A stretch of 63,015 bases of DNA, from positions 164,573 through 227,587 of the forward strand of contig NW_019218029.1 of the NCBI RefSeq assembly GCF_002571385.2, in the 5' to 3' direction. The position numbers and the translations under genes are program-made. The stretch's first letter is position 1. Each line of letters begins with the position of its first letter. Of this stretch, positions 52,401-63,015 are shown piece after piece. Origin of the DNA: Stylophora pistillata. Its lineage: Eukaryota. A model generated the notes under the pieces. The model searched no databases. It was given only the letters and a program-made list of their open reading frames with translations, and had not been told where the DNA came from.

Positions 52401-54126
52401 GCTTGCGAGAGCATGTGCTTCGAATCACGTGACTAGGAACTGTCAATCATTTCTTACAAGTGGATCACTACATCATACACGGTGGATTTGACTTATTTTT
52501 TTATGCGGGAAAATCGCACTCATGTTATGGCTTGCAAGCGAGAGAATTTGAAATAACTGCATGTGATATGTATGTTTGTTGTCCATACTACATGTATTAT
52601 TGCCGCCGTCGTTAGCATTCAGAAGGCAGAGTATTTTTTTCACTGTTCTTACTTTTTTCAGGTAGCATATTAATATCCAGTGAAGAGGGTGAAACTGATG
52701 GTGAGTTATGCGCATTTATGATCGCACGATTTGTAATGTGCACCTTGTGTGACATAAGTATGCAATTTAGCAACACAACTTGAAAAAAGGAAACAAGTAT
52801 ACTTGTTTCCTTCTGAACTGGAACTAAGCGAATAGCGAAAAGGTTTGTAAGCACTGGAAGAAAAGGTGGGACATTGCCGAGGAAATTTGAGAGGATAGAA
52901 GCACATCCGCAACACAAAGTGTGTCTGGGAAATCAGAGAAGTTACAAAAGCTTCAAGTGTTTTAAAAATCTTTATAGCTTGAAATAACAGCGGTGACATA
53001 TCTGTCTCCTGTTTTCTAGAAAATTTACCGAAGACGTTAAGGGAATTCCATGTGGGCAATAGTGCCAGGTTAAAGGCGGACGATTTCCTTCAGAATTACC
53101 AGCTTATTCTTAACGTTGTGCATAGGTAAGTCAGTTGTAAATAGTTGAATATTTAACGCGATTCGTGGTCTAATTGCGTGCAGAGCTGCGAGCACTTTGC
53201 TCGATTTTTGCGGTACCTAACTTATCCCATCGGTCAAATTATTTTTATTGATCTGAGATCTCTCACCGTATGTCGTAGCTCTCTTTCTAAGCATCAGTCT
53301 AATGCCCTAAGTTAAATTTCAGAGATGATTTAGAAGACGGTGTTGAATTTGAAGTAGAAGGTGATTTACCCGAACCCAAACCAGATGGTCCTGAACCGGC
53401 TGCGTCTACAGCGTTAGAAGAAAGAGAGAACCAACCTGTAGCGGGTAAGTTCATTTGAGAAACCCTCTGTGATAAAAAAAAAAAAATAACCTCATTTTCA
53501 GATAAAAGTGCTTCGGATATCTTTATCTGAGTATTACAGTTAGTGTTGTAAAATTCTCTGCATCAGTTAGTAGTACTAAAAACTACGTTGAAGAGTTGAT
53601 GAAAATGGCCGAACACACCTAAATGCGGGCTGTCTGTATGGTCTACCGGACCCATGTAAGAAGCATGAAATATCGTCACGACTTTAGAAACTTATGCCAA
53701 TCAGTTTCTAACACCCTAACTAGGATTGTCGATCCACTGCGTATGGCTCCTGCGCTCCTTGAACGTCCTTGAAAGAAAGTATAAGTTTCTAGCACAAATC
53801 GCGAAAGTGAGTTTTTCTTTCAAATCCCGCGTCCGCTTATGTTTGGCACGTAATAAACGACTAAAAAGTCCTTTAAAGTCCTTGAACTGGGTTCCCGAAA
53901 AAGTGCAAGAACCCTAACTGCAAATCTTAAAGTATTCACTCGTATCTATTTATTAGGCGACACAGAGGAAGTGATGGTTGTGGATGAACCAGCTCCCTCG
54001 CGGAAGAGGAAAGCCGACGAGTCAGAATTACAGACTAGAGAGCAGCAAGACTTAAAGAGTTCAAAGCGAGCACGAGTGTCTAATGTGCCAGCGGATGAGG
54101 ATGACGACGACATTATTGTTCTTTGA
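40435..54126 (+). CDS. UBA2: SUMO-activating enzyme subunit 2, ~631 aa
   Basis: 19 exons: 40435-40590, 42477-42560, 43313-43383, 43883-43947, 44130-44230, 45315-45436, 45766-45958, 46320-46416, 47075-47165, 47717-47774, 48261-48354, 48628-48740, 50473-50574, 50780-50833, 51717-51774, 52662-52700, 53020-53125, 53323-53444, 53957-54126 (1896 nt). Motifs: [22 protein letters not shown], catalytic [30 protein letters not shown] and terminal [11 protein letters not shown]. Confidence 0.97.
41491..42423 (+). mobile_element. Internally deleted pogo/Tigger transposon
   Basis: TA|CAGTGGAACCCCTC...GAGGGGTTCCACTG|TA. A residual CENP-B-type HTH ([14 protein letters not shown]...[14 protein letters not shown]) lies at ~41970-42146. 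Confidence 0.9.
43420..43640 (+). mobile_element. tRNA-derived SINE in a UBA2 intron
   Basis: tRNA-like head (TAGCCCAAAGGATAGTGCGCTGGACT...GGAGGTCGAGGGTTTGAGCCCC) followed by a non-tRNA body. Confidence 0.6.
48898..49923. mobile_element. Non-autonomous hAT5-like element with 5-bp TSD
   Basis: TIRs CAGGGTTCGACA...TGTCGAACCCCG with AACGA on both flanks; TAGCC subterminal motifs at both ends. Confidence 0.75.
51179..51674. mobile_element. Kolobok-like MITE containing a copy of UBA2 exon 11
   Basis: TTAA TSD and AGTGCACCTA TIRs. 51229-51380 repeats 48257-48408. A single N lies at 51381. Confidence 0.75.
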
Positions 54127-55761
54127 GCCGTAAAGACAAGTTCTTCTGAAGTTGTCCTTACGGAGTCGAAGAAGTTTACCTCAAGATATTTTGTATCATC
54201 TGTGGCGCCGCCCAGGATTATCTTCAACTTGAAAGAGAGTGAAAAGTATAAGGGAAATTTAAGCTCGGCGCTTACGGCGAACGGCAAAAATTAAAATCTT
54301 GCCGTCGTCTTTGATCCGTTTGTGCGCTAAAAAGAAAATATTTTCCGTAACTTTGAACAGGATGTTTTTTCGCTATTTTTCTTAAGGGTTTATTGAAGAG
54401 TTATGGGAAAAGTGAGTGTAATTTGGCTTCGTTTTTGCCGTCGTCGTGAACGTCTTACACAAATCCAAAGTACGTTTGTTTAGATGCAGAAGAATCAAAG
54501 AGGGAATACTGGGTTAAGGAGGAACAGGGATACCTCTAAGGCTATCGGCTGTACGTGAATAAAGATTGACCTCCGAAGCAAATTTTGAATATCCGACGTA
54601 TAGCGCGTTTGCCCTACGTCGTTTGGCTCCGATTCTAAGCGCTAGCGCTAGACACGGAAGAGTGGTTCAAAATTCGCTATGGCAGTTGACCTAGTACCTT
54701 AATCAACTTTTATTTGAAAACCAACCCAAGACTGGTTTTCTCTAACGTAGGAATCGGAGTCCGTGTCCATATCAGAAGTGCAAAGTGATAAGATTCGACG
54801 AAAATCAAACTGACGGAACCAGAAGCAGAGTATAAATGCTGTTTGTGACTGACTGTTGGGGTGTATAACCTGGGAAAAACATATTGCTGGAATCGTCAGT
54901 CATCAGATGGCCTGAGAAATTGCATTCTCATTTAGAGTCACTGGTTGCTTATTCTGCTTCTGATTGAGACTCTGACAATCTAGTTTTCCCTACATCAAAA
55001 GCGTCGGAGTGTTATGCGTAATCGGAAGAAAAAGCTTTCGTTTTGATTCCTCCAACTTTGACACTGTTAAGCTTCTGACTCAGTTTACAAAACCGATTTT
55101 CAATTCTTGTTGCGACTCTGTCGCTTATGAAAAATTGCTTTTCTTGCTTGTCGGCGCCTCTCAGCTGTCTTTAGAAAATTACTTCGATTGGACATCAGCC
55201 GAATGGACATCAGTTTCAAAAGTTTCGTATTAGGAATTTTAATGCGACAGCTACAGTCAAGCATCTCACTGAAATAAGTTTTAGTAAACGTAAGATTTTC
55301 ACTGTTCTTACTTTGTATAGTGCATATTGAAAAGGTTGAATAGTTTCTCTCAGCCAGTGAAAGAAGTATTGTTCCGTTTAAGATTCACATAGATAGTATT
55401 AAAATTGTTAATTAGACTTGCTTGTCAGAAATAAATTTTAATAGTTTTATTGTTACTGTTGCTTTAGCTTTAGACCCGTTCGACACAAGCATTAACAAAG
55501 CGGTAGAGGCCTGGCATTGAACTAGGCTTAAGGAAGGCTTAAGTATACTATAAAAGACGGACAGATTGTGTTATTCTCAACGCAACGAACAACGGCAAAG
55601 TTCTTAACAACCGGAAGCATGTTTGCGCTGTTGCTAATTTATGTCCGTCTCAGCCTTTTTCTGAAATAGTTCCTTGTTTCGCCGTCCCGCACTCTGCGAA
55701 TGTTTACAGCATTCACTTGACTTCCCAACTAGTTCAAGCGTGTCCGTACAGCAACAGACTA

Positions 55762-56176
55762 AACTCTAGGCCGGCAAAATTCAAAGTAACTATCGCGAAG
55801 GGCTTCTTTGTATTTTCAGTTTGAGTCGGTAATTCCATGCGGTGTTTCAGACAACATTTCAAAGAACACCGAAATCGTTTCATCGGTTCATATGTCATGA
55901 TTTCTTTCGATTCTCTTCCAATTATTTGTGAACAGATGAGAATTGAAAAACAAGGCGGGAAATTAAAACATAATTTGAAAGCCCTTGCGAAGGGAAAGAA
56001 GTTACCACTTGTTCCTCAGCTTAGTTCAGAAGAGACTAAACCATTACCTCTTGTTATATTATTATTTTAAGTTTATTTACTTGATTAACTTTAATTTTAT
56101 TTTTCCTCTCACTTTGTTAAGCGCCTGGATCTATCATTGGATAGGCGCTATAGAGATATCATTATTATTATTATTA

Positions 56177-56222
<46 letters not shown>

Positions 56223-56942
56223 CAAACCTCCTTGTAAGGTTCTTTCGCTTCTATTTCCTTATACCTAGCTTAACATTTTACCATCTGACTCATTCTTTAA
56301 ACCACGACGCTTTAGATATTGCCGATCTTTGTAGTAAGCAGGGTGAAATCCCTGGACTGAGGTTCGATCATGATTCCGTCATGGGTAATTCATAATATTT
56401 TCTTTGTCTAGTCCCATACTCGTAGCAAGACGATAACATATTTCCCTCTAGACTTTAAAATTAAAGGAGGATTGATTAGTGCTAGCACTTTCCTCTTTAC
56501 ACGAATGAAACACTTTAAATCTACTACAATCAAGTTTAAATCTTTTTTTTTTCCATAAGACTCACGACTTTCTTTCAATTATGACAACAGACAACACTTC
56601 AATACGCCATCAACCCGAAGGATTTGTATTTCAGAAAAAAAAAATCTCAAGCAGGGCATATTTTTGAAAACGAAACGAAAGAACTAAGCTGGGGAACGAG
56701 CGGTAACTTCTTTTCCTTCGCAAGGGCTTTCAAATTATGTGTTTTAATTTTCCGCCTTGTTTTTCAATTCTCATCTGTTCACAGATAATTGGAAGAGAAT
56801 CGAAAGAAATCATGACATATGAACCGATAAAACGATTTCGGTGTTCTTTGAAATGTTCTCTGAAACACCGCATGGAATTACCGACTCAAAAATACAAAGA
56901 AGCCATCCGGGATAGTTACTTTGAATTTTGCCGGCCTGGAGT
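55762..56942. repeat. Long inverted repeat (~265-bp arms) between UBA2 and TRPC4AP
   Basis: ~55762-56027 is the reverse complement of ~56681-56942. The spacer holds a (TTA)n-tailed retroelement end and a SINE fragment. Confidence 0.85.
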
Positions 56943-57792
56943 CTTTGTCAACTTTTATTGTTCAGGTGTGAAGGTTTGAAACTTCGTAAAAAAATGAACT
57001 TCAAAGATCTTCGGCTCGGAGACCACTAGCGTTGTTCATTTAAGAATAACTTGACGATAGGAAACTGAAATCACAATCCAAAATTCCCCGTTTAATATTT
57101 AGCTGACTGTGCGATTTTGCTTTTACACCTCGTCCAGCGGTGAAAGAAGATCGAAGTCGACTTTTCTACTTTTAGAAAATGTTGCAGTTTGCAGAAAAAG
57201 CTTATTTAAAGCTCAATCAGATCTTTAAGGGCGTAAACTGAATGTCTAAACTTATCAACAATGGATGGGATCAGGAACTTTGCGTGCGTAATGCCACGAA
57301 TAACACGGACTTTCTAAAAACAAAAACTAACTTAAGTTCATCCTGTCTCTTCGAAAGCGTGACGCACCGACAAAGGAAACAACCTTTCTACTTTGTGCTA
57401 AGTGTATACTAGAAAAGAAAGCGCAAGCCTTACTGAAGTGAATTCGATCATCTATCAATCGAATTTTAGTACAGTTTAGTCAGGTGTTACGCGCCATTTT
57501 ACCGAGCGGTACCCCCTGACCGCCAATTAGCAGGTGTAATATAAAGAAGTACAGGATTGGCCACCGCCGGCGGTAGGAATAGAAGGAGTGTTTTCATTGG
57601 TCAAATGTCTGGGGAGGCTCTGATCATTGAAAAGCGCGCAAGCTTGATATATGAAAGAGGGAAATGGTTGTATTATTGCTTACATTCTGATCGTATACTT
57701 CTCGATTGTGGCAAGTCTTCGACATTTTTTAAATTCAAAATATCTTAGTATCGGTTTGTAGTAGCTTGATTACCTCGTCGTGTTATTAGTCT

Positions 57793-60700
57793 ATGATGGC
57801 GAAGAGAAATAGAAATTTGGTTTCGTGCATCATGGCATCCCAAGTTTCTGGAAAATGCATCAGAACAAACATGGTGAGTTCGATTCTTCTATCAGATTCT
57901 AGTTTGACAAGTGCATAGGTGGTGATATTCTCGTTTCGTTCTTTCAGCTTCCCAAAGATTTCATAGAAGATGTGGATCGCCGTTTGAATTTTAAAGAGAT
58001 ACCTGTTATTTTGGCGAAGCTTGAACGACATAGCAGTCTCCAGAGGTTTAATGTCACGAAATGTATGAGATACATAGAGGTAGGGATTCGATTTTAATCC
58101 GTATTTCATCGAGCTTAGAGATGATTATTTTTACTTCTCGTCATAATAGCTAGATTGTGTTGTGAATATATCATGCATTTCACGATATCAGTCAATCTAA
58201 TCAACCTTGTTACGAAACGACATTACAATTGTTCTGTGCAGTGACTTTGACGTGTTTACTCGATTAGGTTCTTCGATTTTAATGTGAGGTACTATTCTTT
58301 CTTATGATCTACGTTATTTTTCTTTTAGGAACTTTCACACTTCTTCTCAGAGACAATGAGTGTATCAGAGATGTTTTACAGCGAAAACGAACTTCCAGTT
58401 TACACGAAGGAGAGAGCTCGAATTGGTCAAGTTTTAAATTTATTCGGTGGAGTGGAGGTAAGCCATGTTAATTGTGAATCTGTTTTGTTTATTCCAACTT
58501 TGAAGTTAGTCGATTTTGTTTACTATTTGCTAAGAAGGGTTTTCGTTGAAGAATTTATTTATTAGACTAAACTGGGTAAAAAATTTACTCCACTATTACT
58601 TTTTTAGAAGTCCATTAACACACCGTATTTCCGAAAGATTTCAACACCGTTTCAAAATGTTTGTAATGCCTGCTCGAAGGTGTAGAAAATTGCGATTAGG
58701 ATCTCAGTTATAATTTCGAAGCCGGAATTCGACAAGAGTCCATTGAAGAACTCACGCTCTATCTTTGTTCGTGAATCATCCTATAATTATGTTGTCTTCG
58801 AGGACATAACTACGAAACTTTGACCAGGTCGACGTAGTATTTATGGCTTTTGTTTTTATCTTTTTACCATGTCAACCCTTGTTGCTGGTATTACAGATCT
58901 CTCGCGGGAAGAATTTTCTATTTTAAACAGCTGTTATTGGCATATTTGTTTCTCGGTCGTTGTTGTTTTTGTCGAAATAGCGTTTATTACTTGCTTCCTG
59001 ATACAAGGTGGTGTCAACGGGTCAGACTAAATGTCATTCCCTTACTTCCGGTTCAGATTCTGTAATCATTGTTAACGGTTCTCACTGCAACACCTTACAC
59101 AGCTGTTCCTGTTGTTGTAGCTGCCCTAACTCAGTCAGTTGCTTGTTCCTCAGTCAGTCTTTATTTTATTCTTGACAGATTGTGGTGCAAATCCTTTTTT
59201 ATCCTGTTACTTATGGCTTCAAGCTTTGCAAGATAAAACCAACAAGTGAGCGTAGTAAATGTAGAAAGATATTTTGATAATCAAAGTAATATTGAAGCAC
59301 TTTAGAATTAATTCAAAACTTGTGTTGGGTTCCACATGAACCACAGTCACATGTCTGCGTTGTATTTAGTCTCTTGTCTGTCTTCTTTCATCACTCATGA
59401 AATGACTTGAAGAGTGGTGCAAATATATATATAGACATTTCTTGTTGTTGATCATGCAGGGCTGCAGCAAACAGAATTGTACCTAGGGTGTCTTGATTTC
59501 ATCCATAACATTTGTCTTGTGGTAAGTACTGTTTAACATACTGGTAATGCTATTGTGTTTATCTGCTTTGAATGCCAATCCACACCATATTTTACTAAAC
59601 TTATAAACAAGTTAGCTATGATATTGAAATAAAGTATGTTCTCGACAAATCATCAAATAAAAGATACGCTAAGGTTTTCATGCCAGCCCTCATGCACATG
59701 TAACCATCAAGTTGCACTTTATTTTAATGCATTATTCCTTGACTTTTTCTCTGGACAGGTTGATGGAGTTGCTATTAATTTGGCAAAGAGAAATGAATTG
59801 ATTAGTCATTTGTTCACTCTCCTAGAACAAAAGAAAACCTTTTCGTAAGTTTCAAACTTTTATTTCATTTCTTTATTGGGAAATAAAGCAAAATATTTAT
59901 TTTTTGGGTTATAATTATGTTCTATTATATTGCAGCCGTGCATTGGTGGTATTAGAAGATCTGTTTGGTTCCAGAAAAGAACTTATCGATTTAGACCGCA
60001 TTGGTATGTTAAATTTTTTTACCCAGCACGTCAAGACTATATGAGCTGTTCATTGGTATAATTCCACTTTTTTGCGAGAAGTCCTATATGTTTATATATT
60101 TTTTTATTTTTTTTTTTTCAGTAAATATGAGAAAACTGATAAACATCTTAGATCAGAAACAACTGGGGAACTTTTGTCGTGTTTTGTCATTTACCTTATC
60201 AGATTTGGAATCTGTAGAGGAGAGAAGTACTTGTGAGTGTTGTTATTTAATTCATTCCTTAAGGATAGTTTGAAAAATTTTACTGCACAGTAGTTTCTAA
60301 CCAGTCATTTTAACCCCTTTGAACCCAAGAATGACCCACATCTGATTTCTCCATACAATTAAAGTGCCAAATCATTCATTGAGATCATGAAAGTAAAGGA
60401 AGTGATTGCCAACCTAAAAAAATATTTGATTGGTGTAGACAAATTCTCCTTGTCAGCACCAAAGGAAAAATGTTTTGAGAAGAGTATTAGAGAATGTGAA
60501 TAGGATGTAAAATGTTAAATACAAGTGATAACCAACATATTTTTTACTTTTGATAGTGCTAGCCCAAGATGAAGTGGACAGAAGAGGAATGTCACAGAAG
60601 GATGTTGCTGATAATAATCAAGGTCCGTATTTATATATGTTCTAGTTTTATCAAGTGTTGCGTTAAGTGTTGTGCCTGATAGTGATGGGGAGGTCTGCGT

Positions 60701-61953
60701 GTCTTAATGATCTTGGAGGTCTTACCAACGGTGACTTTGGTCACTGGTAGGTTCAACCATGTTGGGCAAGTTCCAAGTGAGAGGCCTGACTAATTGCATC
60801 ACCTGGCCCTCCAGGTTGAGGGTTGGGCGAAGGGCTAATATCCCTTCCCTGTACAAAAAAATATTATTACTGAAACCAGAAGGCCTTATGCGCAACAGAA
60901 CACGAAGGAGACTGATGATGATGAGTTTTATCAAGTATATCTAATAACTAGATTATGAACTTCAGTTGTCTATCTCATGAGAGTTGTACACTTCTGGGGT
61001 TAACACTTCACTATTATATAATATACATTTCATTCTGCAGCCAATCAGACTGCAGTATTAGTGATAGACTAGACTATTACTTGGTTTTAATAAAGGCTAC
61101 TAGAACTAAATGTAGTGTAACTATGTTACAGCCAGATATAATATGAATCTAAATATATATTGATGCTTAAAGAGCACACTGAAGTTTTATGTTTATGGTT
61201 CTATTGCAGCAACACTCATAGGTTTAAAGGAATTTCTCCCAAGGATAGTTAGACTGGCATGTCAGCCAATGGGTAAGATTTAATTTTTTTCTGGGTCTTG
61301 ATTAGTTTTATCAACAATCTAATGACAAATATTGAAGTATCTAAATAAAATTTTCCTGATTAGTGGATCAATTGAATAACAATATCGTTTTTTTTTCTTT
61401 TGCAGTAGAGAGATCATCCCATTTCCTGGACATGGTTGATTTCCAAACATTCTTGCAAGATGTCTTTATGTCAGAGGGGCTTGATTTAGGTGAGCAGTCT
61501 TCATAAGAAATATCCTAATGATTAGCTTTCATTCTCTATTTATAAATTATCTGAGATTGATCTTTTTTATACAAAATTCATCCAAGTTCACTTGCTGTGG
61601 AGCCCTCTACATGGCATCACTCTAATTTCACTGACATGCATGAGTTATTCCCTTTGCAGAATCTGATGAGCATGAATCATTAGGACATAGGACTTTACGA
61701 TCTTCTTTTAGCCACATACAGGGTCACATACATGAGGTTTGTACAACTGGACTGATTTTATAACAGCATTAACATGAAAAGGAGTATTGTCGTGTTGCAC
61801 AGGCACAACATGTTTGTGATTAATTGTTCCAATATGGTTTGATTTGTCACTTATGTGTGGTATTGATTTTCTGATTATTATTTCTAGGTGATGCATAAAG
61901 TGGAGGTTTTCTATGTCCTTTGTTTGTTCCTGACTGGAAAACACAAGTTAATT
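57793..61953 (+). CDS. TRPC4AP: TRPC4-associated protein (TRUSS), 5' part; 3' exons not seen in the window
   Basis: Exons 57793-57873, 57948-58079, 58329-58457, 59179-59245, 59460-59521, 59759-59844, 59936-60003, 60122-60232, 60557-60622, 61210-61272, 61406-61489, 61660-61736 and 61888-61953 are in frame. Motifs NLFGGVE, HLFTLLEQKKTF, DQKQLGNFCRVLSFTLSD and VMHKVEVFYVLCL match recalled TRPC4AP. Confidence 0.88.
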
Positions 61954-62050
61954 GTGAGTTTAATTTTTTTTTAACAAGGAATTTTCCAGTAGTTAGTTTA
62001 AGGTAGACAGGTTGTCACAGAGCAATCCTTTATTGCAAAGGATGTTAATT

Positions 62051-62260
62051 CCCTTACCGAATGGACAGATATGTAAAGTATCTGCAAAACTGTCCTTCTC
62101 ACATCTGTTACAGTACTGCACAATGTTTGTAATGGTTTTATTCATATCTGGAGCATATCTGCAATGTTTGCAGATATTTCACAGATATGTAGGAACTTCT
62201 TTCAAATATCTGCAAAGTGTCTGAGGAAATTGACATATATTTAACATGTATGTAGGCGAT
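62051..62260. mobile_element. Possible DNA-transposon end with CAGATAT/ATATCTG subterminal motifs
   Basis: Begins CCCTTACC, with clustered ATATCTGCA motifs in both orientations. The other end was not seen. Confidence 0.35.
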
Positions 62261-63015
62261 CAACTGAACAGAATGAGTTATAAATCAAGGATCCATCTTT
62301 TGTCATCATATGCCAGTCGTGATATTTGAATTTTCCCCCAGTAGGGGACCATATTCAGCTTAATGCTGACCAAACATTGAGTGTCCAAACATGCAGCAAC
62401 CTCACTTTTAAACCATCAATTTTGCAAAACTACAAAGACCTCTATGGAAAATAGCATATTGACTGGGTGACATGTAACTGTTTGCAAAAGGGGTCTACTC
62501 AGCCATGATGTCTTTAAAAATACATCTTATTGCGGTATTTAACTTCAATTGTGTCCTTAAACAAGAATAAATACTGATTACAAATGTAGGATCCAGAAAA
62601 AAAAATTCACACAATCAATTTTCTGTTTGTACATCAATTTACCTGCTTTGCAAATCTAACATGAACACAGCTCAACCTTTTAATAAACAAGAGGGTTGTT
62701 GTTGTCTCTAAAGTGTTAAGCTTGCATCAACTTTCCATTATCGTCAACTAAACCCATATCTGGAATTATTTCATTACTGTTCAGTTTTTCTACGTTTTCA
62801 TAAAAGTATGAAGGAAGTTCTTCATAATTTTGTACTTCAACGCTATCCACAAGTGAGCCTGAATCAAAAACTGTGTCCTGCAGTGTGAATCCTGACCATC
62901 CATTTTCAGCTGTTGAAGAATTCGAAACCAGCAATCAATTGGAACCATCGATGTGTTCTTCAAAACACCGTGGATCGAGTTAATGGAGGGGTTGGTTTGA
63001 AATTATTACAGCTTG

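Noticed and set aside
55985-56395. Poly-Leu membrane-like ORF (and the MYVC-repeat ORF at 9027-9230)
   Set aside because: Translations of (TTA)n and (TGTA)n microsatellites.
62716-62934. Nested minus-strand gene in a TRPC4AP intron
   Set aside because: In-frame stops lie just upstream and no domain is recognisable; more likely decayed TE coding sequence.

Overview
Eukaryotic, intron-rich animal DNA, most likely a scleractinian coral (inferred from the gene content and repeat families). It has three long N gaps and several single-N joins. The left ~15.5 kb is an accessory, repeat-rich block: a partial CTHRC1-like collagen gene, a decayed tandem copy of that locus, a palindromic IS3EU-like element with a 6-bp TSD, a spliced P-element-like transposase pseudogene whose putative N-terminus lies inverted, and a second IS3EU-like fragment. 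A compact gene block follows: 2xMYND-DUF4470 (-), a probable C16orf46 orthologue (+) with a palindromic RFX X-box, ATMIN (-), RPP40 (+), CENPN (-), UBA2 (+) and the 5' part of TRPC4AP (+). Exon chains were built by hand from GT-AG sites and stay in frame. Most notable: the CENPN-ATMIN-C16orf46 order and orientation match human 16q23.2; the ATMIN and RPP40 start codons are only 78 bp apart; a Kolobok-type MITE inside UBA2 carries a copy of a UBA2 exon; and tandem STAT-type GAS motifs sit upstream of the MYND-DUF4470 gene. All homology calls are from recalled motifs, not database searches.
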